A DNA stretch of 60,725 nucleotides, counting the filler, from Basidiobolus ranarum (Eukaryota): NCBI GenBank assembly GCA_040143965.1. It is 17 parts of 17 records of this genome, joined end to end, with 100 filler letters (N's around TTAATTAATTAA, not from the genome) between each part and the next. Parts side by side here need not be neighbours in the genome. Positions count along the whole stretch, not along the records: positions 25,101 to 28,579 come from JASJQH010009339.1; positions 28,680 to 32,156 come from JASJQH010009340.1; positions 32,257 to 35,733 come from JASJQH010009341.1; positions 35,834 to 39,309 come from JASJQH010009342.1; 13 more parts are not named here. One strand, given 5' to 3'. Below, in pieces: positions 25,101 through 38,270 of the stretch; position 1 is the stretch's first letter; each line of letters begins with the position of its first letter. The position numbers were made by a program, and so were the translations under genes. The notes under the pieces are model-generated. The model was not told the origin of the DNA and did not search any database. It saw nothing but the letters and a program-made list of their open reading frames with translations.

Positions 25101-26720
25101 TATTGAATGAATAAATAGCTGATCTAAAAATGATGAATCAAGCAATCCTGAGCACTACTATCATCTGCAGATTGATCCATCATCAAGTGCTGTGATTTGT
25201 CCCTGGTGTGCCAAAACCACTGGTGTTTTGTGATGCAGGGGCTGTTGTGCCTAATTGAAAATCAGGATACTGTGTTAGTGAGGGACACATGATTGGCCTA
25301 AAAACATGCAAATGTCTTGGTTATACATTTGATTGAGTAAGCTACAGTAAAAATTGTTTATTGTTACACATTCAGTAATTTGAAAGTTACAAACTAGGTG
25401 ATGAACTTGCTTTGTCAGTTACTCAAAATTGTAATTTGGCAATACTGAATCAGGTAACTTGGTATGGGCTGGCACAATATCTCCAATAAAATCACCATGT
25501 CCAATTGTGGTGGGATAGGGCCATATTGTTCCTTATAGTGTCCAATCAAGTGTTATAGGACCCAGCCATGGTAATTGACAGATTGCCCCAGATGGTGTAC
25601 TAGCAGGCTGGATTGAGCAGCACAATCTGACCTGCTCCAATGGAACAAGTCTTATGATGATAAATAAACAGTCAATCCAAAATGGTTTGCAATTGTGACG
25701 GTTTTCCTACAATAACAATGCATCAGCCAAATCAGTGATGGATGTAATGCAATGGATTAAGGAGACTCCTGAGTATATTAACCTGCCAACAAAGAGCTCT
25801 TTTTCATGGGCTTACTGGTTTTCACATTGTTTGAGCACAATCACAGCAACAAAACCCAAACCATGGATATAGAGTTAGTATCTCCATATAATTTGGACTA
25901 ATTTGTTTGTTTGATAATCTGATAATATTTCTAGGAAAGCTGTAGGACAGACTTCTTGGTGAGATAGATTGAAATACACCATATTATTGTTTTAGCCATG
26001 AGGTAATCTATTCCAGCAATGACACATCTACTTCTAGTTGGACATTTGTTGACTTTAAGTTTGGGATATTTTGGCTGAATTCTTTACAGAAATTTGCCAA
26101 AATCCAAGAGCTTATTCTCATTGTGAACAGTAACAAAAGTCAGCTATTTGCCAAGTGTCAGTGTTATTCAAAATTTCAGATGTTTTGCAATTTTCCACCA
26201 TTAGTTTGCTTGTAAAACATATTGATGATGCTGAGTTATGTCTGATCAGTCAAGTATGTGCATATGAAGAGACTAAACACAACAAAATTCTTGTATTTTT
26301 CAATTCTCATTATGGCTGGAATAAAAAGCCTAAAATATCTAAATAAAGGAATGCATATTAATTTGAATTCCTACAGCAGTAAAACCAGTTATTTGCCTTT
26401 CAAAATTAGATTTTTGCAAAAATTGCTGCATATTGAATAACGCATGCCAAATTTGAGGATCAATATTTGAACATGTATGATACCGTCAAGAAACCGCCGT
26501 CACACCATCAAAAAAAAAATTTGCAGAAAATAAAAAACTCATGCCAAATATGTGGATCAATGTTTTAATATGTTAGAATACCATCAAAATACCATCAGGA
26601 AACTGCCATTAAACCTTCAAAATACCTGGCAGAATGCAAGCCACCAATATTGTGATGGTTCTCTGATGGCTTTGCAATCCAAAAGGGTGGATCCTATCTG
26701 GATCAAATTGATTTTATTTT
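25101..26720 (+). mobile_element. CACTA/EnSpm family remnants (transposase C-terminal part and associated sequence)
   Basis: Homologous to 47500-48430, 53895-54610 and 32257-32515; CpG-depleted. Confidence 0.75.
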
Positions 26721-26849
26721 TGTTGCGGTCTATGGAGGGTTGTTCAATAGTTAGCGGAGTAGCTATTTTGGAAGTTGATGGTCTTGATGGTGTTTCTGTT
26801 GAACTTTGCTTAACTATTGATTTACTATGTAATGTATTTGTGACACTCC

Positions 26850-28117
26850 TGTGAGCAGTAAACTTGGAGACTTTTGTGGATACAATGTCCTATCTTGCTG
26901 TAGATTTTGTCAAATCAATGAAGTTTACCCCATCAGGCATACACATTACTACTATCCAAATACAAAACTAAACACCATGATTTTACTGTTGAGAGCCTGG
27001 TCAGATTTCAACATGCTCACTGATGTCAATTCACCAAATAGTTAGTCTAAAACCAAACTTGGTATTAGCCGAAATCCTAAGATTATATTGCTAAAGGGGA
27101 TCTACTGGGGCCAGAACTTCCCATGAGGCACTATGCACTTACTATTCAACAACATACCAATACTACTTAGTTGTCTGTATGGTGGAAAATTCAATGTGAA
27201 TGAGCCATTTGAGATAGGATCAAAGTTTGAATCAATTGGGAAAATGCTTGAAAACATCAAGATACTGTCATATTTCACCAGGACTCCTATCAACATCCAC
27301 TCATCAAGGCATTTGTTCAAATGCAAAGACTGGAAGTATTGGATTTTTATATATTCAAATGGAATCTTTAAAGGACTTCTGCCTGATAAGTATTGGCAGC
27401 ATTGGGGGTTGTTTGTAGATATTGTTAATATAACTTTATTTCATCAACTCACATTGCCAGATCACAGGCAGATACAGTGACTGTGCAAAGATTTTGTCAT
27501 TGGATATGAAAAACTTTATTAGTGGTTTATAGAAGATAGACTGAATCTATGCTGGTAATCAACACATTCCCTGCTACATCTTTCACAATGCTTAAAGATG
27601 ATGGGCTGTTACTATACATTCTGGGAGTTCCCTATGGCATGCACCTGCAGTGAAATGATGCTCCATGTGAAATTGTCAGTATTACTATATGCTAATCTGA
27701 TTAACAATGTATCAGCAAAATCAGTGATGAATGTAATGCAATAGGTTAAGAAAACTCCTGAGTATATTAACCTTCCAACAGAGGGCTCTTCTCAATGTGC
27801 TCACTGGTCTTTGCACTGCTTGAGCACAATAACAGCAACAAAGCCCAATCCATGGGCACAGAGTAATCCATCTTTAAAATTCAGGCTAATTTGTTTGTGT
27901 GATAATCTGACAGTATTTCTAGGACAGCTGCAAGACAGACTTCTTGGTGAGATAGATCAAGATATGAAGTATTATTGTTTTAGCCATGGGGTAATCTATT
28001 CCAGCAATGACACATCTACTTGTGCCTGGACATTTGTTAACTGCAAGTTTGGGATATTTTTGCTGAATTCTCTATGGAAATTTGTCAAAATCCACAAGCC
28101 TATTCTCATTGTGAATG
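26850..28117 (+). mobile_element. Degenerate CACTA/EnSpm transposase copy
   Basis: MHLLFNNI, WKYWIFIYS..LPDKYWQHWGLFV, HSLLHL, FWEFPM motifs. Confidence 0.85.
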
Positions 28118-28579
28118 GTAACTGTTAAAGTATTTGAGAGCCTGCTTAACTGCTACAATTCGATTAGATCCATAATTTTGAAGATTTTGGCACATAACTC
28201 CCACAGAATATGCAATATCTGGCCATGTTCTAACCATGACATACATCAAACTACCAACCATAGATTGATAAGGAAACTTCTGGCTTTCATTTATATCCAA
28301 AAACATCTGATTTGAACACTTTTTGGTCAAATTTGGATTTGGCTCCATTGGGATAGATACTGGATTACATTCTTCCATTTTAAGCTTCTTTAGTATATCT
28401 AGGATGTACTTAGACTAGCTTAAAGTTATTGTTTTGGAAATTCTACCTATCTCAACTTGGATTCCACAATAGTATGTCAGTTCACCAAGATCAGTCATTT
28501 TGAATTTGGCAGATAAGCTGGATTTAGTTTTCTCCAAAGTCTTCAAGTCATTGGTTGCTATTATAAGGTCATCTACATA
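28118..28579 (-). mobile_element. Ty1/copia reverse transcriptase remnant
   Basis: YVDDLII, FKMTDLGELTYYCGIQV, PYQSMVGSLMYVMVRTWPDIAYSVG. Confidence 0.9.
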
Positions 28580-28679
28580 NNNNNNNNNNNNNNNNNNNNN
28601 NNNNNNNNNNNNNNNNNNNNNNNTTAATTAATTAANNNNNNNNNNNNNNNNNNNNNNNNNNNNNNNNNNNNNNNNNNNN

Positions 28680-30277
28680 TATCACAGTATGTATTATCAT
28701 TTTTCGTCTATTTGCTCGTTGAGCTAAACCACTTTGTTAGTGAACTACAATTCAAAACAAGCTAGAAGATCTATTCAGTTTGGTTCGATTTCTTCGCTTC
28801 GAACCATGGTGTTACTACTCCTTCTGGCGACAATTCATCACCATCCCCTTTGAGAAAAAAGATGTTAATGCGCTGAATGTTGTTCAATCGATTCTGGAAC
28901 CCCTAGTACTTAGGCGTCAGAAGTCAACATTGGGAACCGACGGGAAGCCTATTGTAGAACTACCTGAGAAAAAGATTGACATTGAATACATTGAGTTTTC
29001 ACCTCAAGAACAGGATGTCTACGATAGGTACGAAGTAAAGAAATCGTTTGTTTCTATTCCATGTTTTCTCATATTCTCTATCCATTAGTTTGTATAGCAA
29101 TTCGAAAACCAAATTCAACCATTTCTGCGCTGCTGGTACAGTATTGAGCAACTACGCACACATTTTTCAGGTACGCGATTCTGCTTTTCTTGAACAAGAA
29201 TCCTTCACTAATCAAACCCTTAGCTGCTAACACGCCTTCGACAAGTCTGCGATCATCCATTACTTGCGATCGGTGGACTTAAAAATGCGAACGCAAAGTC
29301 AAGTGAGAATTCACCTGACCTTGAGCAACTGATCGCTAAAATTGCCACTAAAACTGAGACAAAGAACGAGGATACTGGGGATGGCTATGTTAATCATATG
29401 ATTCATGGACTTTTGAATGAGAATACATCCGACGACTTGTCATCCAAAGAATGTCCAATCTGTATTGACGTCATGCTTGATCCAGTATTATTCCCATGCA
29501 TGCATATGTCTTGTTATTCCTGCATTATTGATTATCTACAGAGTAAAGAGGAGAGAGGAGAACAAGGAGAATGCCCAATATGTAGAAGAAAGCTATCTGA
29601 AAATGAGCTGCTGGAAATCATCAAGCAGCCAGTGAGTGAAGAAAACGGCTCATCCTCAAACACTCAAAGTATCCGCGTACGAAAACAATTTAAGAGCTCG
29701 ACAAAATTGAATAGGCTTATCGAACACTTATCGACGCTCCGTAAATCCTCGCCGGATGTTAAATCAGTCATCTTTTCCCAATTCACTATGATGTTAGATA
29801 TGTGCGAAGTAGTACTTGCCGACAACGGCTTCAAATTCGTGAGGCTGGATGGCACAATGTCACAGCCGTCACGTGAGAAAACCCTATCCTCCTTCAATTC
29901 TGATCAAACTATCACCGTAATGTTGGCGTCTTTGAGGTCAGCTGGAGTTGGGCTAAATCTAACTGCAGCCTCGAGAGTATTTATGTTGGAGTAAGTGAGT
30001 TATATAAAATATTACCGGTTCTCAGCGACTAACAGCCTTAATTACTTGTAGTCCCTGGTGGAATGCACCCGTCGAGGCACAAACCATTGATCGTGTGCAT
30101 CGAATTGGACAAAAGAAAAATGTGCTAGTCACAAGATTTATTGTACGCGGGACCGTAGAGGAGAAAATGCTGAAGATCCAAGAGAGAAAAGCACTACTCA
30201 CCAGCACTGCTCTTGGGATGTCAAAGGATGAGGCCAAGCAGCATCGCTTAGATGATCTACGCGTGCTATTCACATAG
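28680..30277 (+). CDS. RAD5: RAD5 SNF2-family helicase/RING E3, C-terminal half, multi-exon, 5'-truncated, in-frame TGA at 28741-28743
   Basis: QNKLEDLFSLVRFL, FITIPFEKKD..LEPLVLRR, C3HC4 RING (CPIC..CMHMSCYSC..CPIC), SVIFSQFT, GVGLNLT, WWNAPVEAQTIDRVHRIGQ. Confidence 0.9.
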
Positions 30278-32256
30278 AATAGGATATTAAATGAGAATTA
30301 GCCAGAGCTTTAACTAGTTTCCCAATAGTATACTCAGTACTGGATGATATGCATCTAGACGGATTGTTTTGTGCACCCAATCACTTAAAAGTTAGATAAA
30401 ACTGGCGCAAAAGATTGATTTAGCAGATGTATATTTAAATGCCTGAAATTTCTAAAAAGAAACATTATTATCAGCTCCGATCATGCTAGATTGAAAGAGC
30501 AACTTCATGTGCTAACTCTTACACTCGCAGAAAGCATTGATTTTGACTTTAAATGACCAGTGTCGCAGATGTTGGCCACTGCCTTGGCATTACAGACAAG
30601 TCATGAACTGCAGTGATCAGACCGCATGGGGGAGGTCCTTTCGTGGCATGTGCGGACTGGATGAGCTTAGGTCTGCAGCAGTAATATGCGCAATTTCTAA
30701 GGCCACTTCCAATCAAGACTCGCTTGATACCAGGCTAAATCCGTTAGATCAGGTGAGTCTGGCATAGACTTTAACCCTAAATCTCAGAAGCTGCGCTGTG
30801 TGAATGTTCTTTTATCCTCATCTTGAATGCCTGGGATATTTGATTTTTCAAGTCTATCAACCCATCGAAGTTACGAATATTCTGCCATCTAGCAAGTCTG
30901 CATATATCCCAAGCGCAGCAGATCAATCTCGATTAAGTACCTTGGATCACGCTCCCCTACCAACTAATTCTAGAACATTAATAATCGAGTAGCAGGAAGG
31001 AGCTGAATAATTACCAACGAGTACTTCGCCACCGGGCTCTTGGTCAAGTGTTTTCTAGGTTTACAAATCCACCTGGAAGTAGCCAATGGGCGGTCGCTAT
31101 TTGAATCAACCGTAGCATCTAACTACGCATTGAAACTCCAAACGATCCGACTGGTACAAAATCTTCCAGAATTATCTACTAGGCTGTGCACTAAGGTATC
31201 ACGGGAACTGTTACAGCGGCTCGAAAAGCTTGTTTAGTCGATGTCATGAATAGTCGCGTCAATGGATGGATCCCTAATATATTTGCACTTCAAATCAAAA
31301 ACAATGTGCGAATAGCTCGGTTCAGATTGTCCTTGGATTAGGGTTGTCGAATCATAGGCTGCTGCTGGCAAAGCAGTACGTCATGATTGGATATATCTAT
31401 TTAGGTTAGCACTTTTGTCTTGTTATCTGTTACATTGGAATGTAAATAAAAGAATACAAACTTTGGTGTAACGCGTCGATTCTTGTGAGTTTCCACCAGC
31501 AAGAGTTTGATTGTCACTTGCATGACCCCCAGATCTGCCTTAGTAAGAATGGTAGTCCATCCCTTGTTTGGGCAGTGCCACTACTTTATTGAGCGCATCC
31601 CTCGATCGGCTGCTGTTCGATGGCTCTGCTATTAACCAGCCGCTTTCGTTTATGTGCTGAAGGGTATCCATTCATTATTGTTTGGCCATAATGAATTAAT
31701 TAGTAAGAGAATGTCTTTATTCTGCATTCATTTACGACGCTTGGAAATACTAAAATTCACATTTCCCTGAATCAGAGATTGTTTGAAGATTTCTATTTTC
31801 AATTTTTCGGATGCTGATCTTACGTTGATGAGTCCAAAATTGGACATTTGTGTGAATGCTGACAGGAACTCAGCCCTAGACCAATCCTTTCATTTACAGT
31901 CCAATCAAGTTTTCGATTTGCATGATTAGGGAATTATGATAGATGATATATAAACTCCCTCCCTATCCTGATTCCAATTTCATTTTCTCTTTTGTTTGGC
32001 TTCTTTTTGTTTTTGTTCGCTCCTTAGTAAGTGACGCCATCGTGCTAAACTTTTCTCTATACTACTCGAATCGCCAATTCGCGTCTTACTTTCATCGATA
32101 TCGTATTCTCTTTATCTCCAGAGTTGTGTTTCTTCTATTTACAAACAAGTCTCTATNNNNNNNNNNNNNNNNNNNNNNNNNNNNNNNNNNNNNNNNNNNN
32201 TTAATTAATTAANNNNNNNNNNNNNNNNNNNNNNNNNNNNNNNNNNNNNNNNNNNN

Positions 32257-35200
32257 AAACTAGGGGATGAACTTACTTTGTCAGTTACCCAAAATTGTAA
32301 TTTGGCAATACTAAATTGGGTAACTTGGTATGGGCTGGCACAATATCTCCAATAAAATCATTGTGTCTGATTGTGGTGGGATAGTGCCATATTGTTCCTT
32401 ATAGTGTCCAATTGAGTGTGATGGGACACAGCCATGGTCATTGACAGATTGTGCCAGATGGTGTACTAGCAGGCTGGATTGAGCGGCACAATCTGACCTG
32501 GTCCAATGGAACAAGTCTAGTAAATTGGACAGAATTATGACAACAAGGGAATCACAGGCAGAACATCACAACAATTTGTATGCAAACATATGCAAAAACA
32601 ACAAAGTTGCTATACAGGCCATGTCAAGCAATTATTGCACAATATTGCAATTAATGTACCATTTGGAAGCAACTAGTCAACAGTTAGAGAGTTACTCAAC
32701 AATGATACAAAATCTTCAGAATGCTACACTTGAGCTACAGCAACATGCTGCTCCCTCCATCCATTCTCATGTGAAATTTCAATCAATCCCTTACCATATA
32801 TCAGTGTCATGGTGACAGTCTGGCAGAGCAGAATATGTGTTAAATCATTGAGCCTACACAACAACTTGAAATTACTTGGGCACATGAAAGTAAAAATCCT
32901 ATAGGAAAACCAACAAACCAAAAGACTCTGAATTTCAGAATTACAAGATATTTCTAGTAATGGCTGGCAATTTTGGTTTATTATAAGCTGTTTCTAAGCA
33001 ATTTCATTACACCAAGTTTACCATCTGAAAATTTTAATGCTGCTCAAAAAGAATTCAAAATTTAAATCAAAGCTGGCTTCAAAGCTAAAGCCTGCTAGCA
33101 CAAAAGGAAAAAAACCAGCAAGAACAGAGGACTTAATTGATGAGCAGTCTAGCAATCCACTATCCACTTAGGAAGGCATCAACATTCCAGAAACTAACTC
33201 AAGTAATGATGAAGCATTAATCAATTTGCCAGATGCGTTCCTTTCCAGCAATAGTACAAGTGAAGAAATTGTAATCCCCCATTTATGTAGTAACTCAATA
33301 GTTGAGCCAAGTTCAACCAAAACACCGTCAAGACAATAAACTTCCAAAAAGGTTGCTTTGCCTACTATTGAACTACCCTTCATAGTAGACTTGTTCCATT
33401 TTATTAAGCCAGAACTCCACTTTTCTAAAGTTCCTCCAAACAGCTCCAATTTTCCCAATGAAAACCATCACAGTTAAATCCATTTGGAATTGACCATTGA
33501 CTTGCCATCGTAAAATTGTAAGTTATAGTTGATTTTAATCAACTTTTTCAGTTTGAAGAGTGAAATTTCAAGATCTTGCAAAATAGTTGCACATGATTGG
33601 CTACAATCTCAGAGAACTACGGACCAACATATTTGCAAAAAATGTAACTCAAATTTTACAAATATACCATTTGAAAGCTGATTTGATTGCTAATCTGCCC
33701 AAGGTTTAGCTCATATCCAACATAAGTTGGTATCAATATTTCCATGAAAGCCTACCATTGTATTAACATTGCTGAATCAACATTCTTCCAGCTATGTGGT
33801 TGATACCCTGCAATATTGTGCTACTTGATATTAAGTTTTTCCCTGATATCTAAGTGGATAACACCAGACTGAATGTCAAGTTGAATGTTCTTGTTTTGAA
33901 GTCACTTTTGCATACTTGCACTTCATTTTTCCCTTCATAATCTTGAAAATACTTCTCAAGCACTTTGACTATTTTTATTCATCTTTGTAGTGCAAAACTA
34001 TAGAGGGTTCTATGCGGTATTTGTGCAACTTTTTAATTCCTTTAAGTTAGGAGCTAATTTCAATACTTTGAAAAGTACTAGTTGAGGTTGGAGAGCCATG
34101 AGTTTTATTTGTTGGTGTTTTGGCTTGTTGAGAGGTGCCAGGTGTTGGATAAACTTCCAAATTTAGCAGTCTTCCTACTGGTGTTCTGGTTCCATGGTGA
34201 AATTTCGCTTTTTTGCCAGTATATCTGACTTGGGAAATGCCGATCTTTGTAATGGTGTGCAGAATTTTTCAAGTGGGACAGGAGAGCGCAAGCTCACCAG
34301 CTCCTTTGCTTCTCACATGGGCTTACTAACTTCCTGCTCCTTGAGTACTTCTTTAGCTGCTTTTCTTTCTTTTTCAAGAAAACAATTGCATACATTCTTG
34401 AGATGTTTCATGAATAGGCAAAGTCTCTAGTTTCTGTGATATAATCTCCTGCATGTTTTTACAAAGTTCTTCATACCCAAGGTTAAGCCCATATCCAACA
34501 AGAGTTTGTATCAATAGCTCCTTTAAAGTGTACCATTGAATTAACATTACTGAATCAACATTCTTTCAGCTTTCTGGCAGATGCCTTGTGATCTTGTGCC
34601 ACTCTGTATTAAGTTGTTCTCAGATATCTGCACAGTCAACACTAAACTGAATGTCAAGCTGAATGTTCTTCTACTGAAGCCACTCTTTGCATACATGCAC
34701 TGCATTGTTCCCTTCATACTTTTGAAAATACTCCTCAAGCACTTTGACTATTTTTTACATCCATGTAGTGTAACACTCCTAAGGGTGCTCAGTGGTGTTT
34801 GTGTGGCTTTTTGCTTGCCTTTAAGTTTGGGGCTAATTACAACATTTCCAAAGTACCAGTTGAGATTGGGGAGCTGCAAGTTTTATTTGCTGATGTTTTA
34901 GCATGTTGAGAGGAGTCAGGTATTGGATAAACTTCCAAATTTTGCACTCTTCCAACTGTTGTACCTGGATCCATGTTAAAATTAAGCTTTTTGTGAGTAT
35001 ATCTGACTCTGGGAATACTGATTTTTTCAATAGTGTGAAGAATTTGGTAAAAGGGAGAGTAGATCCTAAACTCACTGCTTCTTTGCTTTTCCCTTGGGTT
35101 TACTAACTCCCTGCTCCTTGAGTACTTCTTTAGCTGCTTTTCTTTCTTTGTCAAGACAACAATTGCATACATTCTTGAGATGTTTCATGAATAGGCCTAT

Positions 35201-35733
35201 ACTAGCCCAATTGCCATTTGCTTGCAATAACCTAGGATAAGCCACATGAAATAAGTCAAGAACCTTCAGAGTAACATCTAGTTTCAGTTTTTCCACAATT
35301 GGCCCAAATTGAGTTGATTTTGTGCAAGAATCTGCACAATTTCCAGTATGTTGAACCACTTGTCATCAGGTCCAGTGATGGCAGCTCTGACATTCAGAGT
35401 CTTTTGGTTTGCTGGTTTTTCTATGAGATTTCTACTTCCATGTGCCCACACAATTTTGGGTTGTTGGGTAGGCTTGTTGGTCCAGCACATATTCTGCTGT
35501 ACTAGATTGTCATGGTAATATTCATATATATGGTGTGCAATTGTTTGAAATCCCATATAAGAATGGAGGAGCTATAAGTTGCTGTAGCTTAAGTACAGCA
35601 TTCTGAAGATCTTGAATCATTGTGGGGTGACTCTCTAATTGTTGACTAGTTGCTTCAGAGCACTGAATTGATTGCAATTTTGTGGCATTTTTGCTTGTCA
35701 TGACCTGTATAGCAATTTAGTAGTTTTACTTAT
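32257..35733. mobile_element. Rearranged remnants of the EnSpm-associated repeat family; ~780-bp direct repeat (33700-34420 / 34478-35196) and inverted homology (32600-32940 / 35390-35733)
   Basis: Direct sequence comparison; strong CpG depletion; related copies at 36342-36660, 38270-38960 and 53695-53890. Confidence 0.7.
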
Positions 35734-35833
35734 NNNNNNNNNNNNNNNNNNNNNNNNNNNNNNNNNNNNNNNNNNNNTTAATTAATTAANNNNNNNNNNN
35801 NNNNNNNNNNNNNNNNNNNNNNNNNNNNNNNNN

Positions 35834-36275
35834 AAACTTGGATTTTAACCAACTTACCTGATGATAGAAAATCAATTGGCTGCCAATGGGTGTTAAAAGT
35901 TAAATACAACTCTGATGGCAATATAGAAAGGTACAAGGCTAGACCAGTATCCAAAGGCTATTCCTAAACACCAGGAATAAATTATACAGAAACTTTTGCT
36001 CCTGTATCAAAGTTTAATTCAATTAGATTGATTTTAGCAATTTCAGCTAACTATCAGTTTATTATACATCAAATGGATGTTAAAGCAGCTTTTTTGAATG
36101 GTGAGCTTGCTGAGGAGATCTATATGGACCCGCCAGATGGATTTGTGGACCCAAAAATGCTAAAAAAGTTTTCAGACTCCGGAAAACACTCTATGGCTTA
36201 AAACAATCTCCAAGAGCTTGGAATAGCAAGATAGACACCTTTTTGGAAACACTTAAATTCCAAAAGAGTAATGCT
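35834..36275 (+). mobile_element. Ty1/copia reverse transcriptase remnant
   Basis: WVLKVKYNSDGNIERYKAR, INYTETFAPV, IHQMDVKAAFLNG, LYGLKQSPRAWN. Confidence 0.92.
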
Positions 36276-36341
36276 TATAAGATAACTAAGTACTTTGTTG
36301 TATATGACTATATAGATGTTTAGGCAATGCTAATTTCAACA
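36276..36341 (-). mobile_element. MITE terminal fragment
   Basis: GATAACTAAGTACT...TAGGCAATGCTAATTTCAACA, as in 1-196. Confidence 0.7.
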
Positions 36342-36749
36342 AAACCTTGGGTATGAAGGACTCTATAAAAATATTCAGGAAGATATATCACAGAGATTAG
36401 GGATTTCAAAGGTGACAAATCAGCATTCAAGTGGTAATTGTGTAAAATTTGAGTTACATTTTTTGCACATGTGTTGATCCATAGTTCTCTGAGATTGTAG
36501 CCAATCATGTGCAACTATTTTGCAAGATCTTGCTATTTCACTCTTGAAACTGAAAAAATTGATCAAAATCAAATCCAACTTGTTGCTTTAATGACAGTAA
36601 GTAAATGGTTGATCCACAATGGACTTGAGCGGGTCATTTTTCCTACAATAACAATCCTCAAAATTCTGCCAGGGTATGCCTTTAATAAAGGTTTTTGTAT
36701 CCAATCAAAAAATCTTAGCACAATTGCTCTATCTGCCTAAGACATGCAA

Positions 36750-38270
36750 GTGTCAATTGAAGACATAAGAATATGTTAACAAAATCCACAAATAACTCCC
36801 AATGTTGCCAATATTGATCAGGCAGATATCTTTACAAGATTCCCCTTGGAATATATAAAATCCAATACCTCCAGTCTTAGCATTTGAATGAATGCACCAA
36901 TAAGTAGATATTGATGGAAGTTCTGGTATATATGATAGTATCTGTTTAACAGATGCATCACATTTAGAAAGACTTGCTACGTTTTGTCTATTGACATAAC
37001 CAACATGACCAGATGGGATGGATACTTTAACAAAAGTATCTGATGCACTGGGTATTTCTTCTAAAACAAGATCTGATCCATTAGATAATAATACGCCAGT
37101 TAGGTTAAATGGCCCATATGTTTGATATAAATTAATAGGACCACCACTAGCAGTTTTGACTTGACATATGCACTGACAATCACTCATGATAACAGCAATA
37201 TGTTGAGTTGGGTACCACGTCATGGATATCTATTTTATACAAATAATTAATAAGTTATGATATACGCTTAATAAAAAGGATGAAAAGGAAGATATTTAAT
37301 AGGTATATAAAATGGGAAAAAAGGAAAATAGAGAAAAAAGACAAAAAAGGTAAAAAGTGAAAATAAGAAATAAGAAGGGTTGATTTAAATTGGAAATACG
37401 TAATAAAAGAAATGGAGATAGTAAAATGGGAAATAAGGAAGGAAAAAACATATATTTTTTTATGGGAAAAGATGGTACACCTATATATAAATAAATAATC
37501 CTATAAAATATATAAAATAGTTTTGTCCCCCTATATATATCCCATCCGCGCAATTTTATCTTATCTCCAATGGTTCATTTGAATTTCATTCTCCACTATA
37601 TAGCTCAGTAGGTAGTATTGGAATATTATTGAGTAGCAAATGCATAGTGCCTAATAATAAGGTATTGCTCCAGCTGACCCCTTTTTCAACATATTCTTAG
37701 GCTTATGGCTGATCCCAAGTCTGATATTAGACTAACTATTGGGAGAACTGATATCAGTAAATGTGTGCAATCTGATAGGGCTCTTGATGGTAAAATTCTG
37801 GAGCTTAGTATTGAATATGGATACTAGTAATATATATATCTGGTAGAGTAAACTCCTTTGATTTAACAAACTCTACAGCAACATAATGCATTGTGCCCAC
37901 AAAAACCTTCAAGTTTATTGATGGCAGGAGGGTCACTAATACATACAATGGTATTAGCTTTAAAAAAAATACTTACCCATCCAAATACCATTAGATGACT
38001 ATTCCAATTCTGCAAACAAAGGCTTTAAGAAGCTATCTATAAGCACAGGTGATTTAAGTAACCACTCAGAAGGAGCAAGAATCAAGTTAATTAAATTATT
38101 GGCCAGCAAGCCTTTCCAACAGTATAATTGGTTAGTGAGACACCATCCAGGGCCCAAGCAAATGCATTATCATGTGTGTTCTCAAAGAATCCTTGACTTT
38201 ACAGATTCAGGTAGCATTGTCAATTAAGTACATTTGTAATAACATCAGCTTTACGGTGGGTACTCATGGG
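36750..38270 (-). mobile_element. Degenerate EnSpm transposase interrupted by a ~600-bp foreign insert (36945-37552)
   Basis: Both flanks are collinear with the copies at 16479-17837 and 26850-28117. Confidence 0.75.
36945..37223 (-). CDS. Possible bacterial-type SH3 (SH3_3/SH3b) domain fragment inside the insert
   Basis: VKTASGGPINLYQTYG...LLSNGSDLVL...FVKVSIPSGHVGYVNRQNV fits the SH3b pattern (LNxR..P...L..G..V...W.KV...G..GYV...V). Confidence 0.45.

Noticed and set aside
37296..37553. 85-aa Phe/Leu/Ile-rich 'membrane' ORF
   Set aside because: Translation of a T-rich low-complexity tract, not a credible protein.
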